A stretch of 64,000 nucleotides of DNA from positions 744,001 to 808,000 of the forward strand of contig JBHGNT010000015.1 of NCBI GenBank assembly GCA_043228905.1, read 5' to 3'. A model generated the notes under the pieces. The model was not told where the DNA came from. It did not search any database and saw only the letters and a list, made by a program, of their open reading frames with translations. Of this stretch, positions 50,801-61,700 are shown piece by piece. Each line of letters begins with the position of its first letter. The stretch's first letter is position 1. The DNA is from Azolla caroliniana (Eukaryota; Plantae; Polypodiophyta). The position numbers and the translations under genes are program-made.

Positions 50801-53800
50801 GGCTTTCTTGGTAGAAGCGCATAAAACTCTAATCAAATGAGTGGAATCTTCATCTGTCAGCTCCAACTTCGGTTTCTCATCGAGTAACATGGATATCATG
50901 CTCTTCCAATCCTGGCAAAAATAGAGATTATTCCAGTAAACCAACTAAACAGTTATAATGCATGTGCATGTAGCTAGCTGTAACACTGAATGGATAAGAC
51001 ATTGTAACTACCTTAATAGCATTCATTTCTTGCCAGACAGCATCAATAACATAATCACTCAGTATTGGTTCTGATGAGAATTCCCTCAGAATCTGCAGAA
51101 GCCTACTAAGCTGCACTTCAGAACCTTCACTCTCTGATCCAAGTGAAAAAAAGTCCAGTTAACAACATTAACTGAGACAATGTCCATAAAATAGAACTTC
51201 CTTTCATGTGCAGAATACCAGTCAATTGTGTGCTGCTAAACTTCTGAGCTATAAGATGATCATAAACCAGATCGCCGACAGCATGTCTGATAAGAGGAGA
51301 CTCATCTATCAGAAGATCATAGAGTGGAGCAAGGTCCTCATCTCCAAGCAACTGATGTCTAAAATACAAAACAACCCTTAACTGTTTTAATTGCCAAAAT
51401 ACTTACAGAATCAGCATTCGCGTATATATATCATGATAATCATACCTTAGCAAATGTTTGAGTAAACTGATCGCAGTAACGGCAACAGAAATATCAATAT
51501 CGTCTGCCAGCTCAATCATGCGGCTGCAGAACCTCTCAGTGAACAAACCTAGAGATGGAACATTGTCATCTACTTCATACAGCTTCTGAAGGGCCATGAT
51601 AGATGTTTTCCTAACAGCTGGATTCTGCACAATGAAAGACATCAAGAGAAAACGAAAAACTGTATAGAAGTACCAATTTTATGCCAAACCTTATCATTCA
51701 GTGTCCAGCCAATATATTTCAGATATAAATCCTGTAGAAAGAGAGATGGATAGGAAACAATCCAAGAACCAATGGCCCGAATGCATGCCATTCGAATTTC
51801 AGGGTCTACATCACGATATCTATGCATAAAAAGCCTGCAAGCCAAATTAATGAAATTCACATAGATAAGCATACCAAGTTCACAAGTGATTTGTATTTAT
51901 TTATCAAACAGCCAGAAAAGGCCAACCCTGTAAAGATTTTGCGCATCATTTCCTCTGCCGTTGTTATTTTCTCGTGTGTTTCTGACAAAGCTTTGTTCAG
52001 TGACTCCAATCGAGGACCATCCTTTCTTTTCCTTTTCTCTGCATTTAACTGACGTTGAGCAGTTTCCCTGGATTGACCTAGTGTCTTAGACACTGTAACA
52101 AGTGATGAAACCATCTGAAGCCCAACAGTAGTAGTAACTTGTCGGAATACCCTTGGCGGAGTACTAATAGAAAAATAGGCATAAATTAGGGTGAGTAGAA
52201 GGAAGCAAGCATATTTTTAGAAGTCCAAAATAAAACGGTTACTACCAAGATATTGCAATCACATAGTCCATGCACTTTTCAAGCAGAACGCCATCAAATA
52301 GCGGTCCACTCTGGCATTCTAGTACAATGTTATCCCAAAACACCGAGAGATTCTCCTTAAAATTGCGTAATTCTCTCTGCTTTGACCCAAAGAAGTCTTC
52401 CAAAAATCCCTAGCATAAAATGAAGAAACATATGAGGTTCAGTTTGTAAATAGGCTTAATTACTACACATACTTTAACTAAGCAAGTACCTCTTCAGCGC
52501 GATTTACTAGCTTAACCACCACATCATCCACATCAACCTCGTTAAGAGGTGTGTCATCCATTTCATAATCCACACCACACACCTGCATTCATTCCAGGAT
52601 TGTTAATTACTGGTGCAAAAAATAAACTTGTAAATGGTGACTGCGAAATGTAGAGACAGTAACACAAAGCTAACCTCGAAAAGGCTGTTTAAGAGTTCAA
52701 CCAATGCAGAATTCTGGTCATTCTCATAACTTTCTACCCAAGCTTTGGCAGCCCGATGGACTAGCTTTGGATGATGTTTGATTATTTCTGACACTAGCTA
52801 GAGTGAGGAAAACGATTCCAAACAAATACTGCAGCATGGTAACATTTACTCAAAACAAACCTGCAATACTATGTTCAGTTCCTGAGCTTGGACCTTCAGA
52901 TGGAGTAGTTTTTCGCTTCCGTTTGGTACTAGTTCCTTTGGGCTTAGATTTTGCAACACTTTCTGGACTTGGTGTTGCATCTGGCCTCACTGCCTCATCA
53001 TGTGTACTTGCTGGAGTATCCCTGCCCATGGCTTCCTCATTATGTTCAGGTTGTGACAAACTGGTTCTGGTTCTTTTCTGAAAATATTGATGATATTCTT
53101 TAGCAATAAACACAAAAAAGAAAAAGAATAAACTATTTTTCTAGACGTACTTGTCGGTGTACTGAATAATTTGCTGGGGCTCTTTTCCGGAGAGATCTTC
53201 CACCCTCATCCCTACCTTTATCCTCAGTCTCAGTTTCATCCTTATCCAATCCACTGTATAGCATCAAAATAAATGTGCTTCGTATCAAGATTTACAAACG
53301 AAAGCATTTCCTTACAACTTTTAGTTTAGGATATCTGGATCCAATCCACTGTATAGCATCAAAATAAATGTGCTTGGTATCAAGATTTACTAACAAAAGC
53401 ATTTTCTTACAACTTTGAGTTTAGGATATCTGGCATTATTCCATCCCTCCTTAATTCTAATGGTATATCTTGCACAGTTATTCATGTAAGAAAATTGTGA
53501 TATTTGCGGGTGGGAAGTTTATTGATGATAATGACAATGAGAAGCAAAAGCGAGGATTTCCATCCCTCACTCGTGCTTTGGCACTATCTATATATTACCT
53601 TCATGTATTTGGCTTCGTTTTTGGTTCATTAACCAATGACAATAATGTGTTCTTTTGTTTCTTGAGGATTAATATTTGATCTCTTAATTTCAGTCCGTTC
53701 AGCATGCTGAATCTTATGAATTTCCTCAAATTTCTGGTTTGTTATGCTAAATCACTGAAGATACTTGCCTCTCCTTCTATATATTACAACGTATCAAATC

Positions 53801-54230
53801 AATTGCAAAACATATGCTAAATTTCTGAATTCGGACAACTGGCATGTTCCTAACCAAGCTATAGCTATCACACACGATGTCTCTTACATAATTCTTCCTT
53901 CTGATGTGGAAAAATGTTTATGCAATCCTCTCCTATTGACCTTTATGGAGCTTTTCAAACCCACAAAGATCTTCCATAGAGGATCAACGGGAAATTCTCG
54001 GAAACTCAAAAATGCAAACCCGAAAGAAACGGAAAATGAAATCCTAAGAACCGGATCTGTAGCAACGATCAACAGATTCCGTCTAAAGAGACGATATTTG
54101 CCGTTCACAAAGCCAGATAATGTTATAAAGGGAAAAAATGGTAAGAGCAAAGCAAAAGAGAAACATGCCGAGAATACCTTTCATCAGCTGCGGAAGATCT
54201 ACGATGATATTTCCTTTCTGAAGTCTCCAT
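47849..54230 (-). CDS. SCC3: Cohesin subunit SCC3 / stromal antigen (STAG), about 22 exons
   Basis: First exons are 54230-54178 (METSERK..), 53253-53151, 53077-52861, 52793-52675 and 52582-52490, and the last ends at stop 47849. STAG motifs: [90 protein letters not shown]. Confidence 0.95.
53245..53432. repeat. 95-bp tandem duplication spanning the SCC3 intron 1 acceptor
   Basis: ATCCAATCCACTGTATAGCATCAAAATAAATGTGCTT...GTTTAGGATATCTGG occurs twice (CCACTGTATA at 53251 and 53346). Confidence 0.92.
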
Positions 54231-54363
54231 CTCTTCGCTTCACTGTCTGCTGCAGATTTGCTGTTGCATTTGCTTTTTTGCGTTGCTCAATTGCGCGGGA
54301 AGGTGAAAGCCGTCCTAATCCAAGCAAAAGAAAAGGGCCTGCTGTGCGTCTGTGCACAGTGCC

Positions 54364-54466
54364 AACCTGACCAGGGTTAGGGTTAACCTGACCAGGGTTA
54401 GAGTTAACCGGGCCTGGGTTAAGGTTAACCTGACCAGGGTTGGGGTTAACCTGACCTGGGTTAAGG
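54364..54466. repeat. 21-bp tandem repeat x5 (AACCTGACCAGGGTTAGGGTT) upstream of SCC3
   Basis: Five consecutive units with few substitutions, about 135 bp upstream of the ATG. Confidence 0.92.
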
Positions 54467-54594
54467 ATATCATAACCTTAGTAGGTGCGTGCATCCTTGT
54501 GGGTGGGCCCCAACATGCTAACACATAAGTCCATCGAGGTGCTTCATGAGTTCTCCTCGGATGTGATAAAAAATGGGGCTGGGTTGGGCAGCCA

Positions 54595-54711
54595 GTTGTT
54601 ATGTGCATAACTATAACTGATCGTGAGATAGGTTTTCCGTAGTCATCATAAGATTAGAGAAAACTTCGGAAAACATATATCATGATCAGTTATGGTTATG
54701 CACATAACAAC
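54595..54711. other. 117-bp hairpin (45-bp arms, 27-nt loop)
   Basis: 54595-54639 is the reverse complement of 54667-54711 with 4 differences. Confidence 0.9.
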
Positions 54712-55489
54712 CGCCTCCTCGTCTTCATCCTGATATAATTACTGATACACATGATCATGCCTTGCTTGGAAAACGGATCTCTATACTATCGTGGTAAAAT
54801 GTATATACATTTTTACATTTGATATTTCTATGAAAACGATGAGTCATGTAGAAGAACTGGGATTTCCGTACCTCCCTTCTCGAAGCAAGGAAGGAAAGGG
54901 TGCAATGGAATCTCCTCTGAAGGTGAGTATCATCTCTTCACTAGCACTTTCTTTGGATAATACATCGTCATCCTACTCAAGGGGTGCATAGGTGTGTGTT
55001 TTGAACTGCTTTATTAGCAATCAACAATGGTCTGGTTTAAGCTCAACTAAACCGCAACTTAACGGCTTAACAATTTAACCGTTATGATTTGGTTCGAACT
55101 AGAAATTTGTAAATAGTTTGGCATGGGGGTTTACGGGTTTGGTTTGGTTTGGTTTGGTTTGGTTTGGTATGAGTTGCTATCAAGCTTGCGGGTTATGGTT
55201 TAATCGGAATAAACTACATCTTAAAGGTTTAGGGTTAGGATATTTTGAAATATATTATTAAGCATGAATTAACTTAATAAAGTCAATGGTTATAACCTAT
55301 TAATGATAATAAGCTATAACGTTTGAGATTCAATCGTTTTTTCTTTCCTCAATTTATAAGTAATAGTTGTTTGGTTGGAAAACTCATTGTTAAAGAGTTA
55401 TGCAATAGTTAACACAAAATATTGTTTGCATCGAAACCATGGGTTAATTGTTTGTAATTCTTTTGAACCTTTTTGTTTGAACTTGCCAA

Positions 55490-56110
55490 GCTTCGATTCC
55501 CATGTTTGAACTCAAAAATCCAATATCACACGAGCCAGCTATGAACATTTTCATTTACTCACGTGCTCTTGTCTACGCCCTCCTCAAGTGTGGCACAACT
55601 CTGCTTTATTCTTCATGTCTCTTGACCTGAGTTTCAAAATCATGTTTTTTCCATTCCATATTATAGCTAGTTTCCTCAGCTTCAATTCCTATGTTTGAAC
55701 ACAAAAATCTGATATCACACGAGCCAGCTATGAACATTTTCATTTACTCATGTGCTCTTGTCTACGCCCTCCTCAAGTGTGGCACAACTTTGCTTTCTTC
55801 TTCATGTCTCTTGACCTGAGTTTCAAAATCATGATTTTTCCATTCCATATTATAGCTAGTTTCCTTAGCTTCAATTCCTATGTTTGAACACAGAAATGTG
55901 ATATCACACGAGCTAGCTATGAACATTTTCATTTACTCACGTTCTCTTGGCTACGCCCTCCTCAAGTGTGGCACAACTTTGTTTTCTTCTTCATGTCTCT
56001 TGACCTGAGTTTCAAAATCATGATTTTTCAATTCCATATCATAGATTTCTTGGTTAGCTTCGATTCCCATATTTGAACACACCGATATCACACGAGCGCG
56101 CTATAAACAT
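55490..56110. repeat. 189-bp tandem repeat, about 3.3 copies
   Basis: CTTC(G/A)ATTCC.AT.TTTGAAC starts at 55491, 55680, 55869 and 56058. Confidence 0.95.
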
Positions 56111-56741
56111 TTCCCTCAAGATTTGATTTGAATTAATTCAACTTAAATTGTTTTGGTTTGAACATCACGAGGAGGGGATGATGTTGGTGATCAAGGCACA
56201 TGAGATCTCGTTTACCACCTCAAAAAATGTTCACTCAACCCCAATCAACGCCAAAGTTCAAGTCATGTTGGAATTTATTAGCCCAATAACACTATGGACT
56301 CTCTAGAAACATCAACGTAGGGGGGTCTTCTCCAATCAACCGTGCATTGGCGATGTAATTGTAGGAGATATGGAGTGAGGTTGTTATGTCCCTCAAAACA
56401 TGGGAGAGTAGAGCTATACCCTCTTTTTTGTACTATCGTATCATTTGTTGTATAAAAATATTGAAAATAACTTGCTAGATTGGGTTCAAATCCAATCCAT
56501 TTCACTAGATAACCATGGTGAATGTAAACCTTCTTTATGACTCTTATACAATAGATTGTATTTTTGGGTATGAGGAGGTTCCAACTGAACTTTGGAGGTA
56601 TGAAGGATCATCCCACGCATATGTTTGGTCTCATCCATCAAGGCACTGAAATGATTATATCAATCTACTATTGGAGGATATTTTTTGGTTTGACGCAAAG
56701 TATATAGATGTCACGTAGTTTTGCAACATACATCAATTTTC

Positions 56742-57570
56742 TGTCGCGGACTACGATGGAGCACAGATGACGAGGCTATGATCCATAAGGCTACGAACAT
56801 GGAATTGAAACTGACGAGCCTAGGAACTCTAGAAGTTGTGAGTGATGAGACTATGAACTTAGGAAGCTATGGAGACCATGAAGACATAGATGAAGAAGGA
56901 GACAATATGACATGAAATGAGAATATTAGATTGATGTGTCAATGACTGGTGTTGAATCCCTTGAAAGGGATCAAGGAGGTTACAAGTATTTATAAAAGTT
57001 CAGAGATTGAATATCGCTAGAATATACTCTTCTAGAATACACCATAGAATATTTCTAGAATATACTAACTTAGACTAGAATATTTTGTAATATATTATAC
57101 GCTAGAGTATACAATATTAAAGTTTTATATATAAATACATGCTCATATCCAAATGGTTGAGCATGATAACTTGGTGACATGAGGTTGCAGGTTCAGTATT
57201 CACCAACTATGTATTTTATGTCACCGTGTCGTGATATTATCCTCCCCTTTGTGATTGCCTTTTCTAAAGTGTGGTGTAGGGGTGAGCGGGAATTGGAGCA
57301 CCAACGTATGTGAGCGACCATGTGCAATCCTCACCGACGACACGAACACCAATAGACGTGAGCGACCATGTACGATCCTCACCGAGAACTGGAATACCAA
57401 CATCCTCGCATATTAGATTACAATCAAATACATAGTAAATTCTAGTATTTTGATGGACTCGACTAGTCTTGTGGATAATATTACGGGACATTTTGTAAAT
57501 TATTCGTTGGTTCCCACGTGGTGTCAGACAAGGGGTAACCCTTCCATAGGACGGCGTATTGAAGGTGTGG
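56742..57570 (-). mobile_element. 3' end of a Ty3/gypsy chromovirus: chromodomain remnant, PPT and LTR
   Basis: The minus strand reads Y.VLWKGYPLSDTTWEPTNNLQNVP (~57570-57481), then the purine tract AAAGGGGAGGATAA (57250-57237). Next is an LTR-like segment T(A)TCACG...TATAAATACTTGTAACCTCC...CGCGACA (57236-56742), with homologous copies at 59168-59789 and 60933-61160. Confidence 0.75.
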
Positions 57571-57634
57571 AAATAAGAACATGAACACCAACGGGCATGA
57601 GCGACCATGTGCGGCCCTCACCGGGAACATGAAT

Positions 57635-59070
57635 TGTGTGAGCAACCATGCATAGTCCTCACCGGGAACTGGAACATGAACATGTGTGAGCGACCATGCA
57701 CGACCCTCAACGGGAATTGGAACACGAACGTGCATGAGTGACCATGTGTGGCCCTCAACAGGAATTGCAGCAACACGAAATTGTGTGAGCAACCATGTGC
57801 GGCCCTCACCCGGAACTGGAACACGAAAGGGCGCGAGCAACCATGTGCAGTCATCACCGGGAACGGGAACACCAACAAGCGTGAGCGAGCATGAGCAGTC
57901 CTCATCGGGAATTAGAATAGCAATGAGCGAAGGAGTGCAAGTGAAGTGGTCGACTTGGCTTCTTCTATCATGAGAGGGTAAATAGCCGAGGTTGACCCAA
58001 AACACGGCACAAACGGTAACATTAGCGAGAAACCGATGTGATCCCCACCAGGAAGGTGAGCAGTTGTGACCCCCACTAGAACTAGAAGGTGAGCGATCGA
58101 CATCGATCCCAAGGAAACTAGAGCGAAATGTGGACCAAAATGAAAATGGAGTGCAAGCGAGAAATGATTTGATCCCCACCAGGAAAGTGAGTGGGGTGTG
58201 TCCGTGGCAGTTTGAATCCCTTCCAACTGGAAGCATCACCCATCTTCTTCATTGCCTCCATCTTTTCATCCAGAGACACCATCATCACCCTTGTTGCTTC
58301 CAGGGTTACCGTCATCAACAACCTTGGTTTTAGAGACATCATCGTCATAGACATCCTTGCTTCAAGAGTCTTCATCACACTACTTTGCTTGGTTGATCAT
58401 TAACATCATCATTGTTATTGTCATCATCTGGATGTATCATTTTGCATCACGATTTTGGTGAGGATTGATTTTCATCGCTCACCTTCCCAGTTCCGATGGC
58501 GGTTACAACCAATCACTTTCCTAGTGGGGATTGAATCATTTCTCGATTGCACTCCATTTTCATTTTGGTCCACATTTCGCTCCACTTTCCATTGACGTGG
58601 ATCAATTTCAATCACTCACCTTCTAGTTCCAGTGGGGGTCACAACTACTCACTTTCCTATTGGGGACCGCGTCGGTTTCTCACTAATGCTACTGTTTATG
58701 CCGTGTTTTGGGTCAACCTCGACTATTTACCCTCTCATGATAGAAGAAATCGAGTCGACCACTTCACTTGCACTCCTTTGCTCATTACTATTCTAATTCC
58801 CAGTGAGGACCGCACATGGTCGCTCACCGTCATTAGTGTTCCTGTTCCCTGTGAGGGCCGCACATGGTCCCTCACGCCCTTTCGTATTCCAGTTCCCGCT
58901 GAGCGCCACACATGGTCACTCATACCATTTCCTGTTGCAATTCCTGCTAAGGGCCACACATGGTCGCTCGCGCCCATTCGTGTTCCAGTTCCTGTTGAGG
59001 ATTGTGCATGGTCTCTCACGCCTATTTGTGTTCCAGTTCCCGATGAGGACCGCGCATGGTTGCTCATGCA
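57635..59070. repeat. Long inverted repeat (arms ~57635-58190 and ~58512-59070) containing a 48-bp minisatellite
   Basis: Example: 58141 TGAAAATGGAGTGCAAGCGAGAAATGATT versus ~58533 AATCATTTCTCGATTGCACTCCATTTTCA. ORFs 57481-58239(-) and 58547-59092(+) are homologous. The unit GAGCGACCATGTGCGGCCCTCACCGGGAACTGGAACAC also occurs at 57290-57400. Confidence 0.9.
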
Positions 59071-60932
59071 TGACTGTCGCAGTAGACCCTAAACCCACCT
59101 GTCAGATCCCTAGCTCTCCGATGAAGTCCTTCATCCATATTACTTCCTTGCCGGCTTCCACAACTGCTGTCACAGACACACCAACCCTAGACTACGGCAA
59201 AGCACATATGACGAGGCTACGACAATAAGGTTACGAACGTGGAACTTGACATGATGAGGATAGAAATTCGGGAAGTTGGGAGCGATGAGATGAGGAACTT
59301 AAGAAGCTAGGAATGAATAAGAGAATGAAGCACGGATGACATGAGGCTACGATTGATAAGGCTAGAAATGTGGAATTGGAAGCGACGAGGCTAGGAACTC
59401 CAGAAACTGTGAGTAATTAGCGAGCATGAAGACAAATATAAAGATCAAGGAGACAATATGGCATGAAACGAGGAAAACTAGATTGATATGTCAGTGACTC
59501 ACGTTGAATCCCTTGAAAGGGACCAAGGAGGTTACAAGTATTTATACTGTGAGTCGAAGTACATGCATTAGAATATTCAGGAGAATATTCTAGAACCCTC
59601 TAAAACCTTCTAGTTCTAGAAACGTCTAGTTCTAGAACTTTCTGAAAACTCCTAGAACTTGAAATAGATAGTCTACTGATAATCTACTAAGATATACATA
59701 ACATGACCATATATTTGGACGTGTTGATTAGAACACAACACTTGACTATATATAAGAGGTCAAGAGTTCAAATCTTGACATGACTGACAACCTCCGTTGT
59801 TGATAGTGCAATGGACTTCTACAACCTCGACTGTTATGATACATGCATAAGTCATGACATATCCGGATGTAGACCGGCTGGTATCTGCATCAGCCCACAT
59901 ATCCGAATTTGTCAAGTTGGGGTTTACCTGAGCCGAACCGGAGGCACATACTCGAGGTGCCTTTCAAGTACTGGAGTATCCACTTGACCACATTCCAATG
60001 CTCTTTTCCGGGATTGCTCATGAATCGGCTGACTACTCCGACAACATATGTAATTAATCCGATCGGGTCCACACCATTGCATACATTAGGCTTCTGACAG
60101 CAAAGGCATATGGTATCTATTATCCGTTCTGTTGGAAACACCTTCGATATGCCTACAGGCTATCAGTATCAAGGGAAGTGTAACGTGAAGACTTGTGCAT
60201 AGAGGCATCGTTAGGGGAAGAGAACGGAGAGCATACCCGGAATATAACTCGGGGCATATACGTAGTTGAGATTGTAGGAACGATGGTACATAGATGAAAA
60301 CAATAAGAGCTAATAGGTATGTATTATTGCAAACAGTTATCGATGATTACAAAAAACCACGACCCACAGCCGGTGACCTTACAAAGCTCTTATAACTATG
60401 AAAACGACCTCGTTGTTTGCTCTGATACCAGTTTGTGCAAAAATAGCGCTCGGCCAAAACCGAGTCTTAAACAACGAATGGAAGAAAAACAAACTAACAA
60501 CTAGATGACACATGATGTTTAGAAACCCTAAATGGGAAAAGCACGGGAGCCCACAGACTCCAACTATCACCATAAGGGGATGAATACAATGTGAGACTTA
60601 GAGGCAACGACCTCGAGCTCTATGTCTTCGCCAAGCGGCGGTTACAACAGAAAACTATTTTTGTATCTCTCTCTCTCTCTCTCATGCTCTGTGTACACTC
60701 TATCAACAACCTCTATACACGTAATTGCCTTAAGTCATATTTATACTTATATGACATTTGGGTTATTTACAAATATAGCCTCTATGGGCTCACCATGAAA
60801 CATATTTACACATATGTCTTTGGATCCGGTTTGCACTGGATCCATCCGGATTCGGTTCCTTCATCCGGCTCGTCCGATCCAGCTCCTCCAGTTCTCATCC
60901 GGATCCCATCCGAAGGGACTGAATTCCCAGCA
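59070..60932 (-). mobile_element. Internally deleted Ty1/copia element: 5' LTR 60932-60434, tRNA-iMet PBS 60430-60419, RT C-terminus and RNase H remnants
   Basis: The LTR runs TGCTGGGA...CA and is followed by TGGTATCAGAGC. RT: VGVVSRFMSNPGKEHWNVVKWILQYLKGT. RNase H: KSIALSTTEV (~59790-59820) and AVVEAGKEVIWMKDFIGELG..VYCDS (59167-59073). Confidence 0.85.
59168..59789 (-). mobile_element. Solo gypsy-type LTR interrupting the copia RNase H
   Basis: Bounded by TGTCA...TGACA and homologous to 56742-57000 (GTTGAATCCCTTGAAAGGGA.CAAGGAGGTTACAAGTATTTATA). No clean TSD. Confidence 0.7.
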
Positions 60933-61700
60933 ATATTCAATCTCAGAACTTGTATAAATACTTGTAACCTCCTTGGTCCCTTTCAAGGGATTCAACACCA
61001 ATCATTGACACATCAATCTAGTATTCTCGTTTCGCCCCATATTGTCTCCTTGATTTTTATCTCTGTCTTCATGCTCTTGTGTCATTTCCAACTTCTTAAA
61101 TTCTACGCTCTTAGCCCCATCATCCGTGCTCCATCCGAGTCAGAATACTACCATGTCACGAACAAAATATACGTGAAATCTAGTATTACCATGTTGCTTT
61201 ACTTGATTTTGGAGCGTCTTCTTACTTCATTGATGTTGTGTTCGCCCGAGCACATGGGGTGCCTGTCGTCTGCCTCTCAAAACCCATTCCCGTTGAAGCC
61301 ATTGACGGGTGCGTCCTCTCGTCAGGAGCAATTACCCAGACTACACTCCCATTAGAGTTTCATGTGAACTCCCACTAGGAGGAGCTCCCCTTTTATCTCA
61401 TCACATCTCCTCGACATTTGATCGTCTTAAGACTATCATGATTGGAGGTGCACAATCCAATAGTGGATTGGTACAATTGCTCAATCACATTTAGTGAGCT
61501 CCAAAGTTGATCTGCATGGCGCATACAATCTTGTACGCATCAAGCCCGATTATGGATGGAAAACCGCATTCCGAACACGGTTTCGAATACAAGGTAATGC
61601 CTTTTGGCCCTACTAATGCCCCAACAGTTTTTCAACATATGATGAACGATATATTCCGGCAATATCTTGTCTGTGACATTTTGTTCGAGTTAATACACCT
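60933..61700 (+). mobile_element. Partial gypsy LTR (opposite orientation) followed by Ty3/gypsy pol remnants
   Basis: 60933-61140 is the reverse complement of the LTR at ~56750-57012. FEYKVMPFGPTNAPTVFQHMMNDIFRQYL (~61580-61670) is a gypsy RT motif. Confidence 0.8.

Noticed and set aside
53765-54370. 201-aa plus-strand ORF
   Set aside because: It is antisense to SCC3 exon 1/intron 1, starts at a non-ATG codon and has no recognisable motif.
60591-61355. 254-aa ORF
   Set aside because: It runs across the junction of a copia LTR and a gypsy LTR, so it is a chance open frame.
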